DNA of 63,976 bases, filler included, from Candidatus Woesearchaeota archaeon (GTDB lineage Archaea > Nanobdellota > Nanobdellia > Woesearchaeales > CAZJJJ01), in NCBI GenBank assembly GCA_046538795.1. It is 7 parts of 7 records of this genome, joined end to end, with 100 filler letters (N's around TTAATTAATTAA, not from the genome) between each part and the next. Parts side by side here need not be neighbours in the genome. Positions count along the whole stretch, not along the records: positions 27,750 to 34,349 come from JBKHIF010000073.1; positions 34,450 to 40,916 come from JBKHIF010000074.1; 5 more parts are not named here. One strand, written 5' to 3'. This document shows positions 29,217-39,272 of the stretch, one piece after another. Every line of letters starts with the position of its first letter. The stretch's first letter is position 1. The notes under the pieces were generated by a model. That model was not told where the DNA came from. It did no database searches and was given only the letters and a program-made list of their open reading frames with translations. A program made the translations under genes and the position numbers.

Positions 29217-30450
29217 ACTCATATCTTAGACTGTCAACAGGTTTTAGTTTAGATGCCTGTATAGCTGGGAGCAGTCCTGCGCCTGCGCCTATGGCTGTTG
29301 AAAATATCAGAGAGCCTATTATTAGCCATGGAGGAAAATATGGCTGAAGCATGGAATATCCGCTAATAGAAGCTATGTAGCCTCCAAGGCTTGCAATAAG
29401 ATAGCCTATTATTATTCCAAGAGTTCCTCCAATAAGTCCCTGTATACCTGATTCTATAAGAAATATCTTTAGTATCTCTGAATTTTTTGCACCGATTGCT
29501 TTCATTATTCCTATTTCCTGAGTTCTTTCAAGAACTGTAGTGTACATTGTGTTTGTTATGTTGATTGCTGCAACTGCTACAGAGATAAGAGCGATTATTA
29601 TAACTATGGAATTTATGACAGTAATTACATTTCCGTATGTTTTCATCATGTCTTCGAATGTCTGCACAAAAAAATTCTCATTTCCTTTTTTTAAGCCTCT
29701 TTCTTTTCGCAAGTCTTTTGTTATCTCTTCAGCGACTTCAGAGGGATTTTCTCCTTCTTTTGTGCTTAAGTAGATGAAAGCATACTCGTCTTCGACACCA
29801 AAAAGCTCTTCAAAATATTCATCAGACAGATATATATTTGAATCATCTTCTGCATTTCCTAATGAGTTCATGAAACCGATTATATCAACTTCTGTGTTGT
29901 GTATTATTATAGAATCTTTAGTGGTTAAACCCTTTTCAAAAATTTTATTGTCGAATTGGTAGTTATATCCAAGAACTGCCTTTTTGACATCGTCTTTCTT
30001 GAAATATCTTCCTGCACTCATGTCAGATCCTTCAGTTACTGTTACAGCTATCATCTCCCTGAATAAATCTCCCTTGTCTCCTTCAATGGGTGCACCCATT
30101 ATGTATCTTGTAACAGGTTTTGTGTCAAAGTCATGTCTTACGTCACTCATGGTAAAATACATGCCTGTAACTACATCAACTCCTGATATTTTTTCTATAT
30201 GCCTCATTTCGTTTCTTGAGAACGACGAGTCTCCTGAACCAGGGGGTCCGAATGTTCTTCCCTGGATCATTATCTTATCTGTACCCATATCTTCAAAAAT
30301 ATCATTTGAAAATTTTGCCAGGCCCTGGCCGAAACTTACAAGCGTAAATATTGCCATTATGCCTATCAGTATCGAAAGGATAGTAAGAAAGCTTCTTGTA
30401 AGCCTTTTTTTCAGGTTGTTTAATGCATATATGTATAGGTCTTTCTGCAT
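29215..30450 (-). CDS. MacB/FtsX-family ABC transporter permease
   Basis: RSFLTILSILIGI, MYTTVLERTQEIGIMKAIGA, LKPVDSLRYE. Confidence 0.93.
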   Translation of the reverse strand: MQKDLYIYALNNLKKRLTRSFLTILSILIGIMAIFTLVSFGQGLAKFSNDIFEDMGTDKIMIQGRTFGPPGSGDSSFSRNEMRHIEKISGVDVVTGMYFTMSDVRHDFDTKPVTRYIMGAPIEGDKGDLFREMIAVTVTEGSDMSAGRYFKKDDVKKAVLGYNYQFDNKIFEKGLTTKDSIIIHNTEVDIIGFMNSLGNAEDDSNIYLSDEYFEELFGVEDEYAFIYLSTKEGENPSEVAEEITKDLRKERGLKKGNENFFVQTFEDMMKTYGNVITVINSIVIIIALISVAVAAINITNTMYTTVLERTQEIGIMKAIGAKNSEILKIFLIESGIQGLIGGTLGIIIGYLIASLGGYIASISGYSMLQPYFPPWLIIGSLIFSTAIGAGAGLLPAIQASKLKPVDSLRYE

Positions 30451-30451
30451 T

Positions 30452-31672
30452 TTATTTTGTCTTCCTCAATGCATTTACAGGATGCATTTTTGCAGCCTGC
30501 ATGGCAGGTGATATTCCTGATATTGCCCCTATGATGAATGAAAATAAAAGCGCACCAAGCAAAAGGCCAAGCGATATGTGTGCCTGGATAAGATCAGATC
30601 CAACAGCTGAGCCGATACTTTGCGCAAGCAAGGCAAGACCTGATCCCAAGGCAATCCCGATTAGTCCGCCAATACTTCCCAGAAGTCCTGATTCAATAAA
30701 AAATAATGTGAATATTACACTGTTTCTTGCACCTATAGCTTTCATGATGCCTATGTCTTTGGTTCTTTCAAGAACAGATGTGTACATGGTGTTCATTATG
30801 CCTATTCCGCCTACGACTAAAGAAATTCCTGCAATTATATAGATGAAAAGCTGAACTCCAAACATTGTTGATTCCATCATCTCTAACGTATCCTGGGCAG
30901 ATTCTACATTGAAATCTTTTGTAGTTTCATCAACATCACGAGCTTTCATGAGTTTTCTTTCAAGTTCTGTAATAATTTCATTAATATCATTGCCTTTTCT
31001 TGCTTTGATGTTTATCATAGCATATTCATCTTCTTCAATGTCAAAGAGATCATTCATAGTCACTTCAGGCATGCCTATCATGTTGTCAAGCATGAAGCTT
31101 CCTTTTTTCTCGATTATTCCTTTTATCTCAAATTCTTTTTCTTCTATAGTAATCGTGTCGCCTGGTTCAAGAGGCCTTTCATATGCACTGCTTTTTGCAA
31201 CGTTATAGCCTACTGTGAGAGAATATTTTTCTCCTTTGTCAAGCTTTTCTCCTTCAACCATGCTAATTGATATTATATCATATATCGATTTGCCGTATTC
31301 TTCAATGGGAAGGCTTGTCATCATGGCCTGATATGTAACATCATCTAATACATAAGATACCGGCCTCATGTTTCTTGGTGCAAATGATTCAATTCCGTCC
31401 ACATCTTTTACTGCTTCAATCTCATCTTTTCCCAATGGATTGGTCAGATCTGAAAATACCCCTGTCTGGGTATTTGTTGAAGCTGTAACAGTTATCATGT
31501 CTGCTGAAAGAAAACTGAATTGTGAAATGATAACATTTTCAAGACCTTGTCCAAGAGAGATCAGTGCGACTATCGTAGCTATGCCTACAAAGATCCCAAG
31601 CATAGTAAGCCACGACCTGAGTTTTCTTTGCTTAAGTCCGTTGACCGAGAGATTAAAGTAGTCTTTTAGCAC
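30452..31672 (-). CDS. MacB/FtsX-family ABC transporter permease
   Basis: RSWLTMLGIFVG, GGIGIMNTMYTSVLERTKDIG, PVNALR. Confidence 0.93.
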   Translation of the reverse strand: MLKDYFNLSVNGLKQRKLRSWLTMLGIFVGIATIVALISLGQGLENVIISQFSFLSADMITVTASTNTQTGVFSDLTNPLGKDEIEAVKDVDGIESFAPRNMRPVSYVLDDVTYQAMMTSLPIEEYGKSIYDIISISMVEGEKLDKGEKYSLTVGYNVAKSSAYERPLEPGDTITIEEKEFEIKGIIEKKGSFMLDNMIGMPEVTMNDLFDIEEDEYAMINIKARKGNDINEIITELERKLMKARDVDETTKDFNVESAQDTLEMMESTMFGVQLFIYIIAGISLVVGGIGIMNTMYTSVLERTKDIGIMKAIGARNSVIFTLFFIESGLLGSIGGLIGIALGSGLALLAQSIGSAVGSDLIQAHISLGLLLGALLFSFIIGAISGISPAMQAAKMHPVNALRKTK

Positions 31673-31733
31673 TTTGCACCTTGTTATAATTTTTTTGTAT
31701 TATACTAAAAAATAAGAAAAAACAAAAAAGGAA

Positions 31734-32972
31734 TCATCTTTTTTTCTTCCTTTTTCTAATAAGGAAAACAATCAATGCGATAACAGCAAGCACTACTATT
31801 ATCTGGACAGCGCCGATATTTCCTCCCTGGCCTGTACTTCCTGCTTCAGCAGTCACAGGAACAATAATGTTTTCAGTATACTGTTTGTTGTTTGCATCCT
31901 TGAATTCAAGCTCGACATTCAGGTTAATATTTTCTTCAAGGGCCTTTGCTCTGAAATCAACAGTTTCATAATCGTCGCTATCGACATCTCCTACATAGAT
32001 TTGATTTCCCATTGATTGCATCTCATAACCTTCGCCTTCGATAAGCCTTGCTGTAAGGAACCTTATATTGGTTAAGCCTTTATTTACTATCCTTAAGTTT
32101 ATTTCTCCATAGCCGTTTGATGCATGAAGATTTGATTCATCTATCTCGATTGAAAGATCTGGTTCTGCCCCTACTGTGACTCCTAAAACTTCGTTTGTGG
32201 TATATACTGTACCTGCCTGATCTTTGTACTTTATTATAACAGGTATCTTGTATATCTTTGATTCTGCATCAGAATAGGTTTGCAGGTTGTAAGTAAAGCT
32301 TATTTCCTGGTTTGATTCAAGGAACTTGCTTCTTTTTTCAAGACCTGAACCAACGGGTATGAATGGAAGGTCTTTTGTTGCAAGCCCTGATGCTGTCGTG
32401 AATGTTTCGGTTGAAAGATCAAGCTTGACTGAAAGATCCTTTATGCTTGCTTCTGCAAGATTCTTGAGTGTTATATCTACCTTTGAAGATTCACCTGGAA
32501 CAAATAATGACGGTGCGGTTATTTCATCAACAACAACTATAGCTTCTGTTGTCCTTACATCTATCTGGAATTCTTTTATCAGCCAATTTTGTCCATCTGT
32601 TGTATATCTTAATTTAAGCGGATTATTTCCGAATACTGCCTGCTCGTTAACACGTACCTTGTATTCAAGTATTACCTGCTTTTTTGATCCAACTTCTCCA
32701 TATTCTTTTCTTGCTTCTTGGTTTGGATCAAGGCTGAACGGAAATTCAGGTGTAAGCTCAAAGATTGCATTGTTTGTTGCTGTCTTTCCTATATTTGTGG
32801 CCTGTATTGTAATATCAACATAATCTCCTGGCTCAGCAGGACTTGGTTCGTAATTTAACATTACCATGTCAAACGATGCAAATGTAGGATCTGCTGCCTC
32901 TGCAAAAAACGGCTGCATGAATGAAATTACAAGCATCGCTGATATTAAAACATAAAACATATTTTTCATCAT
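31734..32972 (-). CDS. COG1361-like S-layer/Ig-fold surface protein
   Basis: Signal peptide, YEPSPAEPG, repeated beta-rich units, C-terminal TM plus basic tail; typical partner of this ABC operon. Confidence 0.82.
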   Translation of the reverse strand: MMKNMFYVLISAMLVISFMQPFFAEAADPTFASFDMVMLNYEPSPAEPGDYVDITIQATNIGKTATNNAIFELTPEFPFSLDPNQEARKEYGEVGSKKQVILEYKVRVNEQAVFGNNPLKLRYTTDGQNWLIKEFQIDVRTTEAIVVVDEITAPSLFVPGESSKVDITLKNLAEASIKDLSVKLDLSTETFTTASGLATKDLPFIPVGSGLEKRSKFLESNQEISFTYNLQTYSDAESKIYKIPVIIKYKDQAGTVYTTNEVLGVTVGAEPDLSIEIDESNLHASNGYGEINLRIVNKGLTNIRFLTARLIEGEGYEMQSMGNQIYVGDVDSDDYETVDFRAKALEENINLNVELEFKDANNKQYTENIIVPVTAEAGSTGQGGNIGAVQIIVVLAVIALIVFLIRKRKKKR

Positions 32973-33001
32973 AATCCCTCCTCTGAAATTATTTTTGACT
33001 A

Positions 33002-33712
33002 TCATTTTTTTGTTTTTTTACTTATTTTTGCTGAATCTATAATTTCTCCGTCTTTAAGGAACTCGACACGCTCTGCCCTTTTTGCAAGGTCGTCATCGTG
33101 AGTTACCAGAACTATTGTCTTATTTTGTTCATGATGGAGTTTTTCCAAAAAGTTCATCACATTTCCTCCCATCTTTGAATCAAGGTTTCCTGTAGGCTCG
33201 TCAGCAAGGATCACTTCAGGATCAAGAGCGAGTGCTCTTGCTATTGCGACTCTTTGCTGCTGTCCTCCGCTCATCTCGTTTGGCTTGTGGTTTATCCTGT
33301 CGCCTAGTTCAACCATGGAAAGAAGCTCTTTGGCTCTCTCGAATCTTTTTTTTGCAGAAATGTTCTGGAACATCATTGGAAGCATTACATTTTCTGCTGC
33401 CGTAAGCGTGGATATCAGATTGAATTTTTGGAATATGAAACCTATCTTCTGCCCTCTTATCTGGGCAAGATCTGATTCTCTTAGTTGGGATATGTCCCTG
33501 TGTTCAAGAAAAACCTTGCCCTTTGTCGGAAGATCAAGACATCCTACAAGATTCATTGCAGTACTCTTTCCTGATCCTGATGGTCCCTGGATTGCTACAA
33601 ATTCCCCTTTTTCTACTTTAAGATTAAGCCCTTTTAAGGCATGGACTTCAACTTCTCCCATCTTATAGGTTTTCCATACATCCTTTAATTCAATTACAGG
33701 TTGTGACTTCAT
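33002..33712 (-). CDS. ABC transporter ATP-binding protein (LolD/MacB-like)
   Basis: GPSGSGKST, MSGGQQQRVAIARAL, ADEPTGNLD, VTHD. Confidence 0.95.
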   Translation of the reverse strand: MKSQPVIELKDVWKTYKMGEVEVHALKGLNLKVEKGEFVAIQGPSGSGKSTAMNLVGCLDLPTKGKVFLEHRDISQLRESDLAQIRGQKIGFIFQKFNLISTLTAAENVMLPMMFQNISAKKRFERAKELLSMVELGDRINHKPNEMSGGQQQRVAIARALALDPEVILADEPTGNLDSKMGGNVMNFLEKLHHEQNKTIVLVTHDDDLAKRAERVEFLKDGEIIDSAKISKKTKK

Positions 33713-34203
33713 CTTCTGTGCTTCTCCATATCTTTTATCCATCCATCAATCAGATTTCCTATGCTGCTTACATCTTCTGCATATCTTTTGATGATCATCA
33801 GTTTTTGCCTTGTTTCTTTGTCTTTTGATTCTTTGTATCTTGATATGATTTTTTTAGTATCTTCTTCCAAAAAAGTTTTTAGATTATCTCTTATTCTATT
33901 AAGCTTCTTTATATTGATTGCTATTATATCTTTTTCCATGGATACATAAATCTTGCTGCTTCCAGGCTTTCTTATCTTTTCTGCAATACCCATATTTCCC
34001 AGGAATTTCAATGCATTGGATACTGAAGCAAGACTATAGCCTGTCTTATGGGCAATATCGTCCATCGCAATATCTCCCGGAGTTACATATATTATTGCTG
34101 CAATTTTTGTTGCAATCTCATTTAATCCAAACTGTTTTCCGAGTCTTGCAAAAGTCTCGCTAAATTCTCTTTCGATCGGAGACATATCTTTTGTTCCCAT
34201 CAT
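33709..34203 (-). CDS. GbsR/MarR-type wHTH transcriptional regulator
   Basis: MDDIAHKTGYSLASVSNALK HTH, KPGSSKIY wing; heads the ABC operon. Confidence 0.82.
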   Translation of the reverse strand: MMGTKDMSPIEREFSETFARLGKQFGLNEIATKIAAIIYVTPGDIAMDDIAHKTGYSLASVSNALKFLGNMGIAEKIRKPGSSKIYVSMEKDIIAINIKKLNRIRDNLKTFLEEDTKKIISRYKESKDKETRQKLMIIKRYAEDVSSIGNLIDGWIKDMEKHRR

Positions 34204-34220
34204 TCATGTATTTTAGGAAA

Positions 34221-34254
34221 TTCAAAACTTTCAGGTTTTTTTAAAAGTTGTGAA
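34221..34254. promoter_or_regulatory. imperfect inverted repeat, putative autoregulatory operator
   Basis: TTCAAAACTTT-N12-AAAGTTGTGAA between the TATA-like box (about 34281) and the start codon. Confidence 0.4.
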
Positions 34255-34349
34255 TGTTATCCCAGATAATAATATCAATCTTATATAAATCTTTTTTTTA
34301 CTTAAGGCAGAAAGCTAACAAATTTTATTGATCTGTTTTATCATCATCT

Positions 34350-34449
34350 NNNNNNNNNNNNNNNNNNNNNNNNNNNNNNNNNNNNNNNNNNNNTTAATTA
34401 ATTAANNNNNNNNNNNNNNNNNNNNNNNNNNNNNNNNNNNNNNNNNNNN
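34350..34449. other. artificial contig linker
   Basis: N44-TTAATTAATTAA-N44. Confidence 0.98.
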
Positions 34450-34654
34450 ATTCCATGTGCATCCAGTTGTTTTCATAAAGAAGTGCCTTTAATGGATAAT
34501 TAATAGGTCTTTCAGAAATATCAGAAACACAATTTTTCTTTACAAAATCATCAAGGCAATCCCTTACTCTTGAAAGATAATCATTTCGTTCTTCATTTGA
34601 TATTTTCTCAATTGGTACAATAAAACTGTAATTACTATACTCTATTATTTCCAC
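34450..34654 (-). CDS. hypothetical protein, 3' truncated
   Basis: GTG-start ORF running into the linker. Confidence 0.4.
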
Positions 34655-34742
34655 GAATAAGGAAATATGTTTGAAAATAAATAGATTTTTGTTTCACATA
34701 GGTTTTTTAAATAAAACATATTTTCTGATTATCGGTGATTTG

Positions 34743-35723
34743 ATGAATTATAGAACTTTAGGAAAAACAGGCATAAAGGTTAGCGAGATCGGTTTTGGTG
34801 CATGGGCTATAGGAGGCTCATGGGGAGAGGTTGATGACAGCGAATCTTTGAAAGCTCTTAAACTTGCTACTGAAAAAGGCATAAATTTTATAGATACTGC
34901 TGATGTTTACGGAGATGGACACAGTGAACAATTGATTTCAGGACTTATCAAGGAAAAACCCGAACTTACTATCGCAACAAAAGCAGGAAGAAGGCTTTCT
35001 CCGCATGAAGCAAAGGGATACAATAAAGAAAACCTTGAAGAGTTTATTGACAGGAGCAGACAGTATCTTGGAGTTGATTCTTTAGATCTTCTTCAGCTGC
35101 ATTGTCCTCCGACAGAAGTTTATTATAATCCTGAGGTTTTCAAAGCTTTGGATGAATTTGTTGAAAAAGGCAAGATAAAACATTACGGAGTGAGTGTTGA
35201 AAAGGTCGAAGAAGCTCTCAAGGCAATAGAATATCCTAACGTCAAAACTGTTCAGATAATATTTAACATGTTTCGGCAAAGACCTATGGAACTTTTTTTC
35301 AAAGAATGTGAAAAACGAAATATTGGCGTAATTGTTCGTGTACCTTTGGCAAGCGGTCTTCTTACAGGCAAGATGAGCAAGGATTCTACTTTTTCAAAAG
35401 ATGATCATCGTAATTTTAACAGGAACGGCGAAGCTTTTGATAAGGGTGAGACTTTTGCTGGTGTTGATTTTGAGAAAGGTCTTGAAGCTGTTGAAGAACT
35501 CAAAAAGATTAAACCTGACAATTTTACAATGGCGCAATTTGCTCTTAAGTGGATACTCATGTTTCCTGCGGTAAGTACTGTTATCGCTGGCGCAAAAAAT
35601 GAGAAACAGGTAAACGATAATACTGCTTCATCTGAACTTCCTGAACTAGATGAGGAAACCATGGACAAGGTAAGAGAAATCTATGAAAAATATGTAAAAG
35701 ATGATGTTCACCACATATGGTAA
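34743..35723 (+). CDS. aldo/keto reductase
   Basis: MNYRTLGKTG, GFGAWAIGG, DTADVYGDG, ATKAG, QLH, PLASGLLTGK. Confidence 0.95.
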   Translation: MNYRTLGKTGIKVSEIGFGAWAIGGSWGEVDDSESLKALKLATEKGINFIDTADVYGDGHSEQLISGLIKEKPELTIATKAGRRLSPHEAKGYNKENLEEFIDRSRQYLGVDSLDLLQLHCPPTEVYYNPEVFKALDEFVEKGKIKHYGVSVEKVEEALKAIEYPNVKTVQIIFNMFRQRPMELFFKECEKRNIGVIVRVPLASGLLTGKMSKDSTFSKDDHRNFNRNGEAFDKGETFAGVDFEKGLEAVEELKKIKPDNFTMAQFALKWILMFPAVSTVIAGAKNEKQVNDNTASSELPELDEETMDKVREIYEKYVKDDVHHIW

Positions 35724-35781
35724 TCTTTTATTTTCTTTTTTTTAGAATAACTTTTTAAAAACCAAGATATAAATATTTTTC

Positions 35782-37044
35782 ATGAAAAAGAATATTTTTC
35801 TTTCATTATTGTTTGGCTTTTCGCTTTATCTAGTCTTGACAAGTTTTTTTGCAGTTTTTGGAAATACAGGTCAGGCGTCATTTCAGATGGTTGCATATGA
35901 TATAGGGAAGTTTTTCGGTCTTGTTGGTTTTTTTATGTTATCTCTTTTGATAATATCAGGTGACTGGGCAAGATTATTAGATAGGGTTATAGGCCTTGAC
36001 AAGATAATCAAATTCCAGAGAAAATTTGCTGTTTTTGTTTTTTTTCTGGTCATCAGCCATCCGATATTTTTCATAATATCAAATACCTCTTTTGCAAGGT
36101 ATCTGTTGATACAAACTGCATCTTCTGCAATACTTTATGGAACTATTACCCTGTACTTATTTATACTTGTAAGTATGGCATCGAAATTTTACAAAAAAAT
36201 ATCATACAAGGCTTGGCAGGTTATCCATATAGGGTTATATGTTATGTTTTTCTTAGGATTAAAACATGCTTTTGATGCAGGATCAGAAACAAACCTTCTT
36301 GTGATTAAAATACCGTTTTATATTATGATCATTCTTTTGGTTACAGGAGCATTGTACAGAACAGTCTATAAGATAAGAAATCTTTTCACCAAGTACATAA
36401 TAAAGGAAATCAGATGGGAGAATGAAAACATATATACTGTTGTTGTAAGACATAATGAAGATTTTAATTTCAAGGCAGGTCAGTTTGCATTTTTGAGAAT
36501 CAACGGTAAAAAACTTTTTACAAGACACCCATTTACAATATCAAATTCACCTGGAAGCAAAAACATGGAGTTTAGCGTCAAGCTTGAAGGCAGGTTCACA
36601 AGAACACTTGCAAAACTTAAGCCTGGTTATGAGATAAAGATAGAGGGTCCTTTTGGACTATTTACTATACCTGATGATGAAAAAAACATAGTTTTCATTG
36701 CAGGCGGTATAGGTATAACTCCCATGAGAAGCATCCTTTCAGATGCAGGAGATCATAGCAGATTTTCCTTGATATATTGCGCAAGGACAGAATCTGATCT
36801 TGTTTTCAGGAAAGAACTTGAATCATACAAGTATCTTGAAAAAACTTATGTGCTTAGCAGGGAAAAGAAAAAAGGTCCGTGGATAAATGGAAGGTTATCT
36901 AGGGATATCCTGAAAAAACACATTAAAAAAGACGCTATGTATTATATATGCGGTCCTGAAGGACTGAAAGATGCAACAGTCAAGAATCTCATTGAACTTG
37001 GAATATCAAGAAAAAACATTATTATTGAGGATTTCTTCTGGTGA
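35782..37044 (+). CDS. ferric-reductase-like membrane domain fused to FAD/NAD-binding FNR domain
   Basis: Six-TM N-terminus with His residues; HPFTIS, EGPFG, AGGIGITP, YICGP, EDF. Confidence 0.88.
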   Translation: MKKNIFLSLLFGFSLYLVLTSFFAVFGNTGQASFQMVAYDIGKFFGLVGFFMLSLLIISGDWARLLDRVIGLDKIIKFQRKFAVFVFFLVISHPIFFIISNTSFARYLLIQTASSAILYGTITLYLFILVSMASKFYKKISYKAWQVIHIGLYVMFFLGLKHAFDAGSETNLLVIKIPFYIMIILLVTGALYRTVYKIRNLFTKYIIKEIRWENENIYTVVVRHNEDFNFKAGQFAFLRINGKKLFTRHPFTISNSPGSKNMEFSVKLEGRFTRTLAKLKPGYEIKIEGPFGLFTIPDDEKNIVFIAGGIGITPMRSILSDAGDHSRFSLIYCARTESDLVFRKELESYKYLEKTYVLSREKKKGPWINGRLSRDILKKHIKKDAMYYICGPEGLKDATVKNLIELGISRKNIIIEDFFW

Positions 37045-37152
37045 TTTCTGCTCAGATCCCAATATTAGGATTATAAGAGCATAGTGAACAGATTATATGA
37101 TTTATTATCGTAATTTTTATAAAGTGCGGCAATTTCTTTTCAGGAATCAAGT

Positions 37153-37224
<72 letters not shown>

Positions 37225-37341
37225 TTTATTTACTTATTTCTTTTTGTTTTTAAGGAATTGACCTTTCGCTTGGCATCTTATTGGTTCAATTACCAAAATA
37301 TTCTTTGAATATTTTGTATGTGTAAATCCTAGATTTCCACA

Positions 37342-37358
37342 TCTCGCCGGAGGCTTTT
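37342..37358 (+). repeat. 17-bp direct repeat of the tRNA-Thr 3' end (att-like)
   Basis: TCTCGCCGGAGGCTTTT identical to 37211-37227. Confidence 0.85.
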
Positions 37359-37509
37359 TTCTATTATTTCAATCGAATCTCCTTTAAGTTTTAGAAAGAG
37401 TTTTCCTTTCTTTGAAAGTTTATCAATATCTTCAGCTAAGATAACTGCTTTTTTGTATTTTCTTCTAAAATCAAAACAATTATTAACTCTTTCTTAATCT
37501 GAACTATTC

Positions 37510-37902
37510 ATGGAATTCAATCCCGACGGTAGTTTAAAAATACCTGAAAATATGCAAAAGCCAGATCCAAAAATAAAATTAGATACTGAAAAATGCGTTC
37601 ATGTAAGACGCGATGTGATATATGATCGTTCTCCTAAAAAATGCAGGCTTCATGTTACATTTTCAAAACTTATGTCACCTGTATTGGAAAAGACGTTTTC
37701 AGAAACTCCTGCAAAGATTAATCAGATAACAGAAAAAGAATTTCAGGTTGATATAGGAACTTCTTTTAGGAGATGCTCTGAATGCAATGCTTTTGTAAAA
37801 AGATTAAGCGAAAAGTCTTTTGGAAATATTATTGAAGATAAGGGAACATGCACATATCAGGGAAGGACACAGTCTTTTTCTTATGAGGATTATTTTGAAT
37901 AG
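37510..37902 (+). CDS. hypothetical protein, possibly Zn-binding
   Basis: MEFNPDGSLKIP start, RCSEC plus additional Cys. Confidence 0.75.
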   Translation: MEFNPDGSLKIPENMQKPDPKIKLDTEKCVHVRRDVIYDRSPKKCRLHVTFSKLMSPVLEKTFSETPAKINQITEKEFQVDIGTSFRRCSECNAFVKRLSEKSFGNIIEDKGTCTYQGRTQSFSYEDYFE

Positions 37903-37957
37903 ATTTTTACCTTAGAATTTCTAAAGATTTTTAATTACTACCATAATTCTTTGTTTT

Positions 37958-39208
37958 ATGGGATTTTTTGATATGATAAAAAAGGCATTCAGGCCTGAAG
38001 AGGAACCTCAGGAAATACGATTTAATGAACTTAGGTCTTGGCTGGAATCACAGTCTGACAAAAAACAAGTTCTTGAAAATATAAAAGATTCTATTAGATC
38101 AATAGAAGATGATAAGAGAGAGATTGAAGAAAGGATAGATATACTTCTCAAAGCCGAGGTTCCCAACAAAAAGACCCCTGAACGCGCTCTTAGGATACTT
38201 GATGATCACAGGGATGTATATATGCAAAAAGTAAGATGGCTGTCTTCAGATCTGGTTTTTCCTGAAACACATTCTTTTGAGCAAATAACAAAAGCCTGCG
38301 ATTCCAACCGCGAAAAGATAAATGAGTTTGGAAACAATACGCAGAAAAACTATCGTGTTCTTCAGGAATTTTTGGCCAATGAAAGTTTTGATGTGGCTGA
38401 AAAGATAAAGAGCATAGACAACCACATACTTGATATCAAGAATACTATCAAGCATTCAAAGGTCAAGGTAATAGAATCTTTGAACGAAGAACTTGACAAG
38501 ATAATAAGAAGCATTGATGAAAATAAACAAAATAAAGAACGAAATCAGGAAATTGAAAAAGAGATTGCTGAACTTAAAGATAGTATATCAGAATTTGAGG
38601 AAAAGATCATTTCCATAAAAAACAGCAAGGACTATGAGCAACATAGTAATAAACTTGACCGGATAGAGAACCTTAAGCGCAGGATGAAGCTTATTGAAGA
38701 TCAAAGGTTCCATCATTTTTCTGTTATCAATTCTGCATTGAAAAAATATGAGAGGATAGCACTTGAAAGCAGGCTCATATCAGATTATGTTGATGATTCT
38801 TTCAATGCTCTGTCAAAGGACAAGGAACTAAAAATAGTAACAATACTTGATAAGATGAAAAAAGCGATAAACTCAGGAAAACTTGAACTTAAAGATAAGA
38901 AAAAAGAAAAGATCCTAAAAACATTAGAAATTCTTGACAGGGAATACTTGTTAGATTTTCTAGAAAAATACAATGATTTTGACGATAAAATAAAACTCCT
39001 TGAAAAAGAGACAAGTGATTCAGAAGTCATGAAAAAACTTGATGAAACTGAATCAAGACTAAAACACAAAAGAGAACATCTTCAAAGATTAATTGATGAA
39101 AAAGATTCTATACAAAGATCAATTGATGAATTCTATCCTGAAAAAAGAAAGCAAGAGCTTAAAGAAGATATAATTCATACTCTAGGAAAAGATATAGAAA
39201 TAATCTAG
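37958..39208 (+). CDS. coiled-coil hypothetical protein
   Basis: MGFFDMIKKAF amphipathic start, long heptad-rich K/E sequence. Confidence 0.8.
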   Translation: MGFFDMIKKAFRPEEEPQEIRFNELRSWLESQSDKKQVLENIKDSIRSIEDDKREIEERIDILLKAEVPNKKTPERALRILDDHRDVYMQKVRWLSSDLVFPETHSFEQITKACDSNREKINEFGNNTQKNYRVLQEFLANESFDVAEKIKSIDNHILDIKNTIKHSKVKVIESLNEELDKIIRSIDENKQNKERNQEIEKEIAELKDSISEFEEKIISIKNSKDYEQHSNKLDRIENLKRRMKLIEDQRFHHFSVINSALKKYERIALESRLISDYVDDSFNALSKDKELKIVTILDKMKKAINSGKLELKDKKKEKILKTLEILDREYLLDFLEKYNDFDDKIKLLEKETSDSEVMKKLDETESRLKHKREHLQRLIDEKDSIQRSIDEFYPEKRKQELKEDIIHTLGKDIEII

Positions 39209-39272
39209 ATTTAGGAATTATTATTTTATCATTTCACAAACTTTTAAATATAAATCTATAAAACACATTCTC